Numbered from the stretch's first letter, positions 35,964 through 45,858 are shown. The stretch: 64,000 nt of DNA from Candidatus Flemingiibacterium sp. (GCA_045534235.1 JAZSJI010000089.1:15877-79876), one strand, 5' to 3'. A program made the numbers and translations. The notes: generated by a model not told the origin, from the sequence alone.

Positions 35964-37226
35964 TCAATTGCTTTTTATAACCGATTCAAAATCCCGCAAA
36001 AACTCGGGATAAGATTTATTTATACAGCTCATATCGTCAACGGTAACGTCACCGCCGCAGCCTGCCGATGCAACTGCCGCCGCCATAGCGATTCGGTGGT
36101 CGTTACACGCGTGCACATATCCGCCGGCGAGCACCTGCTTTCCGACGATTATAAGTCCGTCATCCGTTTCGTGCGCTTCTCCGCCGAGCGCGTTTATCAT
36201 CGACGCAGTTGACGCAATGCGGTCGCTTTCCTTGATACGAAGTCTGCCAGCATTATAAATGCGGGTAGTACCGCTCGAAAACGCCGCCATAACGGCAAGG
36301 GCCGGCACAAGGTCGGGAATGTCCTTTGCGTCTATATCGTGTGCCACAAGGCTTTTTGCCTTCCTCACGGTAACGTCGCCACCGTCCCACGATACATCTG
36401 CTCCAAAGCTGCTTACTATATCAAACAGCGCGAAATCGCCCTGCTTGGTGTCGCGGTGAATCCCGCTCATTGTAACCTTGCCGCCGATACCCGCCGCAAC
36501 TGCGAAAAATGCCGCCTGCGAGCAGTCGCCCTCAACGTCAATATCCGCAGATGAAAGGGGACCGCCAACAACGGTGTAGCCGCCTGCCTCCTCGGTGATA
36601 TTCGCACCGAAGCGGCGTAAGGTCTGGACTGTAAGGTCGGCGTACGGCTTACTCTCAAGCGCTGTCGTAAGCTTTATATCGCTCACGCCATCGAGCATTG
36701 CCGCAGCATAGATAAGCCCCGTGACAAACTGCGAGGAAATATCTCCGCGAAGCTGATACTCGCCTGATGCAAGTGCGCCGTCGATAAGAAGCGGCAAAAA
36801 GTCGCCGTTTTCGGGATAGGTAAGCTTTGCACCGTTCGCTTCAAGCATCGGCTTGTATATATCCGTAGGGCGCTTCGGAAGTCTGCCCTCACCCACAAAT
36901 GTAACGCGTGCGCCAAGCGATGCGGCTATGGGAATCAGAAAGCGTAGTGTCGACGCCGACTCTCCGCAGTTTATAGTTGCGCTCGCGCCGCGAGTGCACG
37001 GCTCGCCTATATAAAACGCCCGCGCCGCCTTATCGTGTACAATCTTCGCCCCAAGCGCGGAAAGCGCGTTCGCCGTGGCGGTAATATCGTTTGAAACGTC
37101 AACGCCGCGTACCGCCGAGTTACCGGCAAGCGCCGCACCAATAAGCGCGCGGTGCGATTGGCTTTTCGATGACGGAATACGAACAGCGCCGTCTATCCTA
37201 GTGGGAGAAAATTTCATGTTTTTCAT
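35964..37226 (-). CDS. aroA: 3-phosphoshikimate 1-carboxyvinyltransferase (EPSP synthase)
   Basis: PSSKSQSHRALI, GESASTLRFL, KESDR and NDHRIAMA motifs. ATGA overlap with aroB. Confidence 0.93.
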   Translation of the reverse strand: MKNMKFSPTRIDGAVRIPSSKSQSHRALIGAALAGNSAVRGVDVSNDITATANALSALGAKIVHDKAARAFYIGEPCTRGASATINCGESASTLRFLIPIAASLGARVTFVGEGRLPKRPTDIYKPMLEANGAKLTYPENGDFLPLLIDGALASGEYQLRGDISSQFVTGLIYAAAMLDGVSDIKLTTALESKPYADLTVQTLRRFGANITEEAGGYTVVGGPLSSADIDVEGDCSQAAFFAVAAGIGGKVTMSGIHRDTKQGDFALFDIVSSFGADVSWDGGDVTVRKAKSLVAHDIDAKDIPDLVPALAVMAAFSSGTTRIYNAGRLRIKESDRIASTASMINALGGEAHETDDGLIIVGKQVLAGGYVHACNDHRIAMAAAVASAGCGGDVTVDDMSCINKSYPEFLRDFESVIKSN

Positions 37227-38263
37227 ATTGAATCACCGATCAGCGAAAGCGACAGCTTTTTAATTGTCGCCGCGCCGATTTCATCAAGAAGTATAAACTT
37301 GACGTCGTCGCCGATACGCTTTTTATCAGAAGCAATCACCGAGAGAAGCTCGCTCGCGGGGTAATCCATAACCGTCGGAAGCGACCACGCCTCAAGTGCA
37401 CTTCTTATGTGCGCCTCAATACCTTCGTCATAACCGAGCGCCGCGCCGACACGGGCGGCATAAAGCATACCTATTCCTACCGACTCGCCGTGCGAAAAAC
37501 GCTCGAAATTGCCGAGCTTTTCCACAGCGTGACCAACGGTGTGACCGTAGTTTAGTATAGCGCGGGTTCCCTGCTCAAACTCGTCCTCTTCGACCACACG
37601 CGCCTTTATTTTCATACAGCGGTATATCATCTCGGCACGGGATATGCTCTTGTCCGCGATAGCGTCGAACAGCTCTCTATCTGCGATACAGCCGTACTTG
37701 ATAGCCTCTCCCATTCCGTCGTCCATATAACGCCTTGGAAGCGTGTCGAGGAATTTGCTGTCCGCGATAACCGCGATCGGCTGGTGAAACGCACCGACGA
37801 GGTTTTTACCGACGGAAAGGTCAACGCCCGTCTTGCCGCCGATAGACGAGTCTATCTGTGCTAGCAGCGTTGTCGGCACCTGAAGCACGTCAACACCGCG
37901 AAGGTAAGTAGCGGCTGCAAATCCCGCCATATCCCCGCAAACACCGCCGCCAAGTGCAATTATAAGTGACTTTCGCGTAAGCTCTGCCGCAGCGAAGGAT
38001 GCGTACATCTCGCCAGCAGTTTCAATTCGCTTGCTGGGCTCTCCTGCCGTAAATACGTGCTCACCTGCAAGGGTTCGCCCACACTTTTCAAGGCAATCCT
38101 TAACGTGCTCGCCCCACAGCGAATAGACGTTAGAGTCTGACACAAGAAAAACGCGATCATATTCTCTTTTGCCAAGCGCGCTGTCAAGCGCTTCGGCAAG
38201 AATATTTTCACCGACGTATATTTTATATTCACCGCACGAATGCGTAACCTTTATCTTTTCCAC
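37223..38263 (-). CDS. aroB: 3-dehydroquinate synthase
   Basis: GGGVCGDMAGFAAATYLRG, DSSIGGKTGV and HTVGHAVE motifs. Start assigned to the GTG at 38263, 6 nt after GAGG, because the longer ORF adds a non-homologous hydrophobic leader. Confidence 0.9.
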   Translation of the reverse strand: MEKIKVTHSCGEYKIYVGENILAEALDSALGKREYDRVFLVSDSNVYSLWGEHVKDCLEKCGRTLAGEHVFTAGEPSKRIETAGEMYASFAAAELTRKSLIIALGGGVCGDMAGFAAATYLRGVDVLQVPTTLLAQIDSSIGGKTGVDLSVGKNLVGAFHQPIAVIADSKFLDTLPRRYMDDGMGEAIKYGCIADRELFDAIADKSISRAEMIYRCMKIKARVVEEDEFEQGTRAILNYGHTVGHAVEKLGNFERFSHGESVGIGMLYAARVGAALGYDEGIEAHIRSALEAWSLPTVMDYPASELLSVIASDKKRIGDDVKFILLDEIGAATIKKLSLSLIGDSI

Positions 38264-38321
38264 GTCCGACCTCACATCCCAGCATAATTTGCGACTTAAA
38301 GCATAGTTATGTACATCATAA

Positions 38322-38350
38322 TATACCACAAATACTACTATACCACAAAT
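38322..38350 (-). promoter_or_regulatory. 12-bp direct repeat (ATTTGTGGTATA x2, period 17) forming two overlapping promoter-like elements upstream of aroB
   Basis: On the minus strand: TTGCAA-N17-TATAGT and TTGTGG-N17-TATATT. Each -10 lies inside one copy of the repeat. Confidence 0.35.
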
Positions 38351-38475
38351 CGCCGTATTTTGCAATAACGAAGGCAACAAATTTATATTTTTTTCAAAAA
38401 ATTCGATAACTCTTCACATAACAAACAGAATACAAGCAAAAAAGGCGGGAAACACAGTCTAATTTACAAAATGAC

Positions 38476-38505
38476 TTGACAACCTGGGAATTTTTGCAGT
38501 ATAAT
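38476..38505 (+). promoter_or_regulatory. Promoter of the AI-2E transporter gene (TTGACA-N18-TATAAT)
   Basis: Consensus hexamers at 38476-38481 and 38500-38505. Confidence 0.6.
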
Positions 38506-38533
38506 TAATTTGTATAATAATATATTCGGAGGA

Positions 38534-39952
38534 ATGGAATTGAAACTGGATTGGAACCGCAAGTATACGACCGTCGCGGCATACGTTGTAATAACCGCCC
38601 TTATCCTTATGATACTTGGCGCTGTATTCATCAATTTCGACGGTGTTAAAAACTTTATTTCAACCTTCAACGCGATAATGTCACCGTTCTATATAGGCCT
38701 TATTATCGCGTACATAGCAAATCCGATAATGAAGCTGGCGGAAAAATACATCTTCCGGTTTAAGGTCACAACATCGCGGAGATTCAAGCTAAAGCGCGGA
38801 CTTTCCATATTTATCGCGCTCACCGTGCTTCTCATCGCTGTTACCATACTTTTCTTACTCATTATACCGCAGGTTATTTTGAGTATTACCGACCTCGTTT
38901 CCAAGATGGAGGGTTACATAAAGGATACGGTTGCGTGGCTTGACGAATTTTTACCCGACTCGATCTTCAACCCTGCTGATCTCACACTTGAAAATTTCTA
39001 TCATTCGATCATCAACTATTTCTCCACCTCCGAGCTCGGTGAAGAGCTTTATGACATTTCCGCGCAGCTCGACGTTATTTCCAATAACCTCGACACGCTT
39101 ATCCAGAATTCACTCACCATTCTGAAGGATTATATTCCCATAGTCATCGGTGCATTCGCAGGAGTTGCCAACGGAGTGCTCAATCTTGTTCTTGGCGTAT
39201 TCTTCTCGATATACGTTTTAGCGTCCAAGGAAAAGCTCTGTGCGCAGGTAAAGAAAACAATCCGCGCCTTCACGAGCGAGCGTGGCTACAACAGCATACT
39301 TGAATTCGGAAATTACGCAGATAAGACGCTTGGATCCTACCTTTTCGGTAAAGTCATCGATTCACTCGTCGTAGGTATCGTAATCTTCATCGCTTTCCTC
39401 ATATTCAAGATCCCGTACGCACCGCTTCTCAGCGTATTCATTGCAATAACGAACATAATTCCCGTTATCGGTCCCTTTATCGGCGCTATCCCCGGAGTGC
39501 TCATCATATTCATCGTCGACCCATCCAAGGTGCTCTGGTTTATCATCATCAACGTAATCGTTCAGCAGATCGACGGCAATATCATCGTTCCGAAAATACT
39601 CGGTGAAACCACCGGACTTTCCTCACTTTGGGTGCTGTTCTCCATAACGATTATGGGCGGACTTTGGGGACTTATGGGAATGTTCGTAAGCGTTCCGATA
39701 TTCGCGCTGCTCTATATGCTCTTTAAGCTCTTCGTCGAGGGACGTCTGCGCGAGGGAAATCTCCCCACTGAAACAGATGAATATTACGCCGAAACAGAAA
39801 TACGAAACTTCACCGAGCACGACGATAACAAGCACTCGTTTGCGACCAGAATAAAGCGAACGAGCGAGAGCATCTCAAGCAAAACGCTCGGAAGCAAGCT
39901 CAAGGGCAGAAAAAAAGACAAGTCTAAAGAATCGGACGACAAAGCAGAATAA
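38534..39952 (+). CDS. AI-2E family transporter (PerM-like)
   Basis: Polytopic protein with AI-2E-like conserved stretches (ITNIIPVIGPFIGAIPG, QQIDGNIIVPKILG). The start is uncertain: ATG at 38534 abuts GGAGGA, and TTG at 38540 has better spacing. The 38510 ORF start overlaps the -10/TSS region of the promoter (the -10 hexamer ends at 38505). Confidence 0.85.
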   Translation: MELKLDWNRKYTTVAAYVVITALILMILGAVFINFDGVKNFISTFNAIMSPFYIGLIIAYIANPIMKLAEKYIFRFKVTTSRRFKLKRGLSIFIALTVLLIAVTILFLLIIPQVILSITDLVSKMEGYIKDTVAWLDEFLPDSIFNPADLTLENFYHSIINYFSTSELGEELYDISAQLDVISNNLDTLIQNSLTILKDYIPIVIGAFAGVANGVLNLVLGVFFSIYVLASKEKLCAQVKKTIRAFTSERGYNSILEFGNYADKTLGSYLFGKVIDSLVVGIVIFIAFLIFKIPYAPLLSVFIAITNIIPVIGPFIGAIPGVLIIFIVDPSKVLWFIIINVIVQQIDGNIIVPKILGETTGLSSLWVLFSITIMGGLWGLMGMFVSVPIFALLYMLFKLFVEGRLREGNLPTETDEYYAETEIRNFTEHDDNKHSFATRIKRTSESISSKTLGSKLKGRKKDKSKESDDKAE

Positions 39953-39985
39953 ACAAGAAACGAGCTGTCAAATGACAGCTCGTTT

Positions 39986-40762
39986 TTATGCATAAAGATT
40001 ATCGAGAAGGCGGTAATACAGAAGCTTATCCCGATCGGGAGTTATTCCAAGCTCTACGAAAAGATCATCGTAGTCTACACGCGGAAGTCCGGGACGGCTG
40101 AAGCACCCCTCGAAATTATTGTATAGACTATTGTATCCGAGCGCAATATCGCGGTACATATCCGCTCTGCCGCACGCACCGACGTCTATAAACCCACATG
40201 CTTTGCTTGCATCGGCAAACACATTCGGTAGGCAAAAATCGCCGTGTGAGAGCACGGGCTTTTCATCGGGGCGGTTGGCGCATAGCCACTTATACAACGC
40301 CTCCGGCGAAGCAAATCCGCATTTTGCGAGCACGGTCGAGCTCCCGTCAAAGCTGACAACTCCTGCCTCAACGCGTGCCCCTGCCTCGGCAAGCTCTGCC
40401 GCAAGTGACGCATCTTTTGGGCAATCCGACGCGTCGCACGTCCAAAGCATCTCAAGTGCCTCCGCCATACGCTTTATGAGCAGGCGAGGATTATTTAAAA
40501 AAACGTCAGAGCATAGCATTTCACCATTCATACGACTCATCAAAAGGTATCTTACGCCTTCAAGTTGCTCCCACGCGAGCACCTTCGGCACCGGTATTCC
40601 CTTACTGCAAAGCCAAGTCAGCATACGGTATTCGCTCTCTTCAGCGCCAATTTTGAGCACTGCATCTCCGTAGAGGTGTACCTTCGCCGCAGATTTGCCA
40701 ATATCGTCAGATTCATACTGACGTTCGCCGATTATACGGCGTATACTTTCCGGTAAATACAT
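39986..40762 (-). CDS. Aminoglycoside 3'-phosphotransferase-like kinase (APH family)
   Basis: VLSHGDFCLPNVF catalytic loop and GFIDVGACGRADMYRDIAL, which parallel APH(3') motifs (HGD...N, IDxGRxGxADxxxDxA). Confidence 0.8.
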   Translation of the reverse strand: MYLPESIRRIIGERQYESDDIGKSAAKVHLYGDAVLKIGAEESEYRMLTWLCSKGIPVPKVLAWEQLEGVRYLLMSRMNGEMLCSDVFLNNPRLLIKRMAEALEMLWTCDASDCPKDASLAAELAEAGARVEAGVVSFDGSSTVLAKCGFASPEALYKWLCANRPDEKPVLSHGDFCLPNVFADASKACGFIDVGACGRADMYRDIALGYNSLYNNFEGCFSRPGLPRVDYDDLFVELGITPDRDKLLYYRLLDNLYA

Positions 40763-40775
40763 ATTTTACACCATC

Positions 40776-40806
40776 AAAAGGGGCATCGCTTGGCGATGCC
40801 CCTTTT
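40776..40806. terminator. Terminator after ftsZ
   Basis: 14-bp stem aaaaggggcatcgc/gcgatgcccctttt. Confidence 0.8.
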
Positions 40807-40817
40807 CATTTTATTTT

Positions 40818-41936
40818 TTATCTGTTTCTGTTGTTGCGAAGCATCTCGAGGATTTCGTTGAGCTGGGTGTCCTCGATCGGATCCTCGGAAGTGCATTCGG
40901 TTACAATATCATCTTCAGCTTTGGCCTGCGCTGCTGCCTTGGGTGCAACCTGCTCAGCAACGGTGCTCTGCATGCTCTTGGGAGCACTGTCAAAGCCGGT
41001 AGCAATAACGGTAACGCGGATCTCGTCCTGAAGATTGGGGTCGATCGCAAGACCGAAAATAACGTTAGCGTCGGGATGAGCCTCGTCGCGAACCATACTA
41101 CCTGCAACGTCAACTTCCTCGAGTCCGATGTCTGCGGATGCAGTAATGCTGAGGATTATGCCGCGAGCACCTGCAATAGAGGTTTCGAGCAGCGGGCTGG
41201 AGATTGCAGCCTTTGCCGCGAGAGCAGCCTTGTCCTTGCCGGTAGCGCTGCCAACGCCCATATGAGCGTAGCCTGCGTCGAGCATAATAGATGTAACGTC
41301 TGCGAAGTCAAGATTGATGAGCGCATCCTGAGTGATAAGCTCTGCAACGCTCTGTACACCCTGGCGGAGCACGTCGTCCGCAACCTCAAACGCATTGAGA
41401 AGGGTGATTCTGGTATCGGAAACTTCCTTAAGTCTTTCATTGGGAACTACGATAAGAGAGTCTACAACATCGATAAGATTCTTAATACCCTCTTCTGCCT
41501 GCTGCATGCGAACCTTACCCTCGAATGCGAAGGGCTTGGTTACAACGCCAACAGTAAGGATACCCATATCCTTTGCAGTTTTTGCAACAATAGGAGCAGC
41601 GCCCGTACCGGTACCACCGCCCATACCTGCGGTTACGAATACCATCTGAGTGCCCTCAAGAACCTTCTTGATCTCCTCAAGAGACTCCTCTGCAGCTCTC
41701 GCACCAACCTCGGGGTTAGCACCTGCGCCACGGCCCTTGGTAACCTTCTCGCCGATATCGATCTTGGTGACAGCGTTGGATCTTGCGAGTGCCTGTCTGT
41801 CGGTATTAACAGCTACAAACTCAACACCGCGAACGTTAGCCGCGATCATACGGTTGATAGCGTTGTTACCGCCGCCGCCGATACCAATTACCTTTATATT
41901 TACATCTCCGAAGTTATTGTCGAATTCATATGCCAT
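40818..41936 (-). CDS. ftsZ: Cell division protein FtsZ
   Basis: GIGGGGNNAINRM and GMGGGTGTGAAPIVA tubulin signature, plus a C-terminal conserved peptide. The ATG at 41936 lies 9 nt after AGGAGGA. Confidence 0.95.
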   Translation of the reverse strand: MAYEFDNNFGDVNIKVIGIGGGGNNAINRMIAANVRGVEFVAVNTDRQALARSNAVTKIDIGEKVTKGRGAGANPEVGARAAEESLEEIKKVLEGTQMVFVTAGMGGGTGTGAAPIVAKTAKDMGILTVGVVTKPFAFEGKVRMQQAEEGIKNLIDVVDSLIVVPNERLKEVSDTRITLLNAFEVADDVLRQGVQSVAELITQDALINLDFADVTSIMLDAGYAHMGVGSATGKDKAALAAKAAISSPLLETSIAGARGIILSITASADIGLEEVDVAGSMVRDEAHPDANVIFGLAIDPNLQDEIRVTVIATGFDSAPKSMQSTVAEQVAPKAAAQAKAEDDIVTECTSEDPIEDTQLNEILEMLRNNRNR

Positions 41937-42092
41937 AACCAAAAATCCTCCTAAATTTTTTATATCCGATTATCGAAACCCTCGATAAATTTGTTCCTAC
42001 CTAATAATAATATCATAATATGATTTTGTGGCTTTTTCAAGTGGTTTTGAAAAAGTTTAATATTTTTTTACGATTAACGCATATTTTTAGCC

Positions 42093-42965
42093 TTAATCGT
42101 CAAATTCTATCACAAGATCCGGATTCTTTATAACCGGGCACTGCGACGGATCGGTTGCATCGATAGTAGCCGGAACACCGTCCGCAAACGCCGTATGCCC
42201 AAGCATTCCCGCGACCGCGGTCAGCTTTGTAGCAAGCTCATCTCCGTTTCCGAGATCAACCAGATACTTATCGCTCGCTATAAGCGCGAGATCAAATCTG
42301 TCACGCAGATCGAACGCCGTTGTCCTTGAGTATAGCGGACTTGTTTCGAGTGCGTTTAAATACGCTTTAACGTATCTGTCTGAAACACTTTGCGAAAACT
42401 CAATATGCTCGCCGATTATCGCTGAATCTATCTGCGGAAACAAGAGTTCAATAAGCCCCTGCTCCTTGAACGCCGACTTGTCAGTCACACGCTCAAGAAT
42501 ACGAAGCTCACGCGAGAGGATAAAATGCTCTCCGTACAGCGTCACCGCATACCGAGGCTCGTCCTCATTAACCGTAACGATAACGGTATCGGGAAGCTTT
42601 CGCGTAATACTCACGCTGTTTATGTACGCAAGCCGTTCTATCGCGCTGTCAAAGTCTGATGCCGTGACTGTAAAAAGGCTCATTCCCTTTTCCACGTTGG
42701 AATACTCGAGCAGCTGCTCATTAGTATATCTCGTGGACCCCACGGTTTCTATTTCCTTCACCCGAAAGAACATATTAAGACAAACGAGAATAAAAATAAG
42801 CACGATTACCGCAAAAAGCACTGCGTACATAACTCGCGACGCACGCTTCCGGCTTTTCCAGCGTTTGGCAAAGCGCTGAAGGCTCTGTTTTTTTCTTATC
42901 TCGTTAAGCTCTTTTTCGTCACCGGAAAAGAATCTGCTATCCCGGCGGTTTTTCGAATTGTTCAT
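42093..42965 (-). CDS. ftsQ: Cell division protein FtsQ/DivIB (POTRA domain)
   Basis: Single TM helix followed by POTRA (FRVKEIETVGSTRYTNEQLLEYSNV). Its position between murG and ftsZ fits. The start is uncertain (ATG at 42965 or TTG at 42998). Confidence 0.8.
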   Translation of the reverse strand: MNNSKNRRDSRFFSGDEKELNEIRKKQSLQRFAKRWKSRKRASRVMYAVLFAVIVLIFILVCLNMFFRVKEIETVGSTRYTNEQLLEYSNVEKGMSLFTVTASDFDSAIERLAYINSVSITRKLPDTVIVTVNEDEPRYAVTLYGEHFILSRELRILERVTDKSAFKEQGLIELLFPQIDSAIIGEHIEFSQSVSDRYVKAYLNALETSPLYSRTTAFDLRDRFDLALIASDKYLVDLGNGDELATKLTAVAGMLGHTAFADGVPATIDATDPSQCPVIKNPDLVIEFDD

Positions 42966-43133
42966 CTTGTCCCCCGCGAAAGCGTTGTTCCTTTCCAAAA
43001 TAGTGGTGTGAGCCGCGCTTTACCGATTTGGCAAAACACTACTCCTAAATAATTATATCATAGCCGTATGTGAAAAGTCAAGTAATTTGTGCCGATTTAT
43101 GCGCTCGTTTTGATGTTTTTTCACACATTTCTA

Positions 43134-44267
43134 CTACTTTTTTGCTTTATTTCCCTTTACAAGCTCGCAAATATCGAAATATATGCTTCGATTAGCGTCG
43201 GCAAGGGCAAAGGTCTTTATATTCTCGCGCATTTTTCTGCGCTTCTCGCCATTCTCAATAAGCTCGGCAAGGGCATCGGTAAGCACCGCGCCCACAAGCT
43301 CCTTTTCCTCGAAAAGAAGCGCCGCTCCCTTATCGGCAAGGACCTTTGCGTTTTTGTATTGATGATTGTCGGCAACGTGAGGCGAAGGAATAAGCACACA
43401 GCACTTTTCAAGTGCCGCAAGCTCGGAAAGAGTCATCGCTCCCGCACGGCTGACGACTATATCTGCCGCCGCCATAAGCTCGGGCATATTGTAAATATAC
43501 TCACAGATACGGATATTTTCACAGTCTGTCAGTCCGTACTCCTTCGACATTGCAGTGGCGGCCTCGTGTTCAATTGCGCCGGTCGCGTGTATGTGAAGCA
43601 GCTCGGGGTGATGCTTCGTGTAGTCACGCATAAACGCGAGCATTTCTTCGTTAACCTTTTCGGCGCCCATACTTCCGCCGTACGACAGAAGCAAATACTT
43701 ATACTTGTCGCCAATACCAAGCTCTTTTTTTACAGCCTCGGCATCTATTGATGAAAACTCGGGCTTTATCGGATTTCCGACCTTTACGACCTTGTCGCTG
43801 TACGTTTCACCAAGCGCCTTGGCGGTCGCGTCAAAGTTGACGTAAATGCGCTCAACGTAGCGTGCGAGCATCTTTACGGCAACGCCGGGAATGGCGTTCG
43901 ACTCGTGTACGGCTGTGGGCACACCCATACCTGCCGCCGCCTTGAGAAGCGGCCAGCACACGTATCCGCCCGTGCCGATAACGATGTCGGGCGCAAACTG
44001 CTTTATAAGCTTTTTCGCCTTCATCGGCGAGGTGAACGCGAGCCACGCAGATTTTATGTTATACGGTGTAAGCTTGCGCTTGAAGCCCTGAACCTCAACG
44101 TGATGAAGCTTATAGCCTGCCTTTGGCACAAGCTTATTTTCAATACCGCGCGAGGTACCGACGAACTCTATTTGGGAGTCCGACTGATTTGCGCGTATAA
44201 CGTCGGCGATAGCAATCGCGGGATTGACGTGTCCGCCCGTACCGCCGCCTGTCATTAATACTCTCAC
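43134..44267 (-). CDS. murG: Undecaprenyldiphospho-muramoylpentapeptide beta-N-acetylglucosaminyltransferase MurG
   Basis: TGGGTGGHVNPAIAIA N-terminus and SRAGAMTLSELAA. GTG start. Confidence 0.93.
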   Translation of the reverse strand: MRVLMTGGGTGGHVNPAIAIADVIRANQSDSQIEFVGTSRGIENKLVPKAGYKLHHVEVQGFKRKLTPYNIKSAWLAFTSPMKAKKLIKQFAPDIVIGTGGYVCWPLLKAAAGMGVPTAVHESNAIPGVAVKMLARYVERIYVNFDATAKALGETYSDKVVKVGNPIKPEFSSIDAEAVKKELGIGDKYKYLLLSYGGSMGAEKVNEEMLAFMRDYTKHHPELLHIHATGAIEHEAATAMSKEYGLTDCENIRICEYIYNMPELMAAADIVVSRAGAMTLSELAALEKCCVLIPSPHVADNHQYKNAKVLADKGAALLFEEKELVGAVLTDALAELIENGEKRRKMRENIKTFALADANRSIYFDICELVKGNKAKK

Positions 44268-44310
44268 TTTTATTACCGTGACCTATTATTGAAGGTCCCC
44301 TTCGATTGTT

Positions 44311-45858
44311 CTATTTTTGGTGCTTGGAATAACGGGATATCGACAGTATAATGCCCATCTCGGCAAGAAGAACGATAAGCGATGAGCCGCCGTATGAGAA
44401 GAACGGCAGTGATATGCCCGTGTTCGGAATACTGTTAGTTACAACGGCTATATTAAGCACCGACTGTACAGCTATCTTACCTATGATACCCATTACAAGC
44501 AGCTGCGAATACACGTCGGGCGCGTTCATCGCGATGACGAGTCCACGCCATACGAGCAGAGCAAACAGAATTATTACCGCTATAGCGCCTATAAATCCGA
44601 GCTCCTCACAAACGATAACGAATATAAAGTCGTTCTGCGGCTGAGAAACGTACATATGCTTCTGATAGCTGTTTCCAAGTCCTTCGCCGAAAAGTCCGCC
44701 TGAACCGATAGCAAAAAGTCCCTGCAAGGTCTGATAACCTGCGTTCTGTGGATCAAGCCACGGGTCAAGCCAGATCTGGAAGCGTCTTCTCGCGTGAGGA
44801 AGCAGGGCTATAAGAATTCCGACTATGCCAAGGCCGCCTGCCATACCCGGAAGCATCCAAAGGCTTGGTGCACCACTCGCGAAAACGATTATAACTCCGA
44901 TAAGCGCCATAATTATCGTTCCCGAAAGATGCTTTTCTATCAGGACGAGGAAGCACACCAAGATCGTTATAGCCATCGGTGTTATAGCACCGTACCAACG
45001 GCGTACGTTTATCTTTGCAGGCTCCACGATACGCTCGTAATATCGGTCAAAATACCACGCAAGCATCATCGGAAGTCCGAGCTTCATAAACTCGGAGGGC
45101 TGTATCTCGGTAAAGCCGAGATTTATCCAGCGTCTTGCGCCGTTATGCTCCATCGTAATTCCGGGAATCGGTATCGGGACAATGCAAAGCATCACAAAGC
45201 AAAAGATAAAAAACGGAACCGACAACTTACGTAGAAACTCCGGCGGAAGAAGCGATGTGACAAACATACCCACGACTCCTACCGCACCGAGTATAAGCTG
45301 TCTTGTTATTATGTAGTAGCTGTCGCCGTACATCGTTTTTGAGTACGCATAGCTCGCGGAATATACCATGACCGTACCGAACGCGAGCAGCAAAAGCACG
45401 AGAACGAAGAAAACGTAGTCGATGCTTCCCTTTTCACGTACAAGGCTGAGTCTGACGGCATTGCGCTCGGCAACAGCGTCTTTGTCTATCTTATAAGTCT
45501 TTTTAAGCCACTTTTTTACGCGTGTTACCACACCTTCGGAGTTAGTCGCCGACCGCATACGCCGCGGATCCCTTACAGCGGTTCTTTGCACGCGCGGCTG
45601 CTGTACGGTACGCATCTGCCCGGTAGCCTGCTGCATCTGCGCGGTGCGAGTACCAGTCTGCGTATTGTGCATTTGCTGTGTGGCACGCGATCTGTTCCCA
45701 ACTGTGCGCATACCGCTTTGGGTGTTTTGCGCCGACATATTGGTTCTCGTTTGATTTGAAGCGCGGTTTTGAGCGTTTTGATTATTGCCCGGTGCGTTGT
45801 TTGCACGCGGAGCACTCTGTGCGGTTTTATAACGGTATCCTCTTTTGTCGTCGTGCAA
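44311..45858 (-). CDS. ftsW: SEDS-family peptidoglycan glycosyltransferase FtsW/SpoVE with a long N-terminal low-complexity tail
   Basis: The C-terminal ~370 aa carry SEDS motifs (QPSEFMKL, GSGGLFGEGLG, NDFIF, SYGGSS). The N-terminal ~140 aa are Gln/Asn/Arg/Thr-rich. The start is probably the TTG at 45858, 8 nt after GGAGG; the ORF is open to 45873. Confidence 0.9.
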   Translation of the reverse strand: MHDDKRGYRYKTAQSAPRANNAPGNNQNAQNRASNQTRTNMSAQNTQSGMRTVGNRSRATQQMHNTQTGTRTAQMQQATGQMRTVQQPRVQRTAVRDPRRMRSATNSEGVVTRVKKWLKKTYKIDKDAVAERNAVRLSLVREKGSIDYVFFVLVLLLLAFGTVMVYSASYAYSKTMYGDSYYIITRQLILGAVGVVGMFVTSLLPPEFLRKLSVPFFIFCFVMLCIVPIPIPGITMEHNGARRWINLGFTEIQPSEFMKLGLPMMLAWYFDRYYERIVEPAKINVRRWYGAITPMAITILVCFLVLIEKHLSGTIIMALIGVIIVFASGAPSLWMLPGMAGGLGIVGILIALLPHARRRFQIWLDPWLDPQNAGYQTLQGLFAIGSGGLFGEGLGNSYQKHMYVSQPQNDFIFVIVCEELGFIGAIAVIILFALLVWRGLVIAMNAPDVYSQLLVMGIIGKIAVQSVLNIAVVTNSIPNTGISLPFFSYGGSSLIVLLAEMGIILSISRYSKHQK

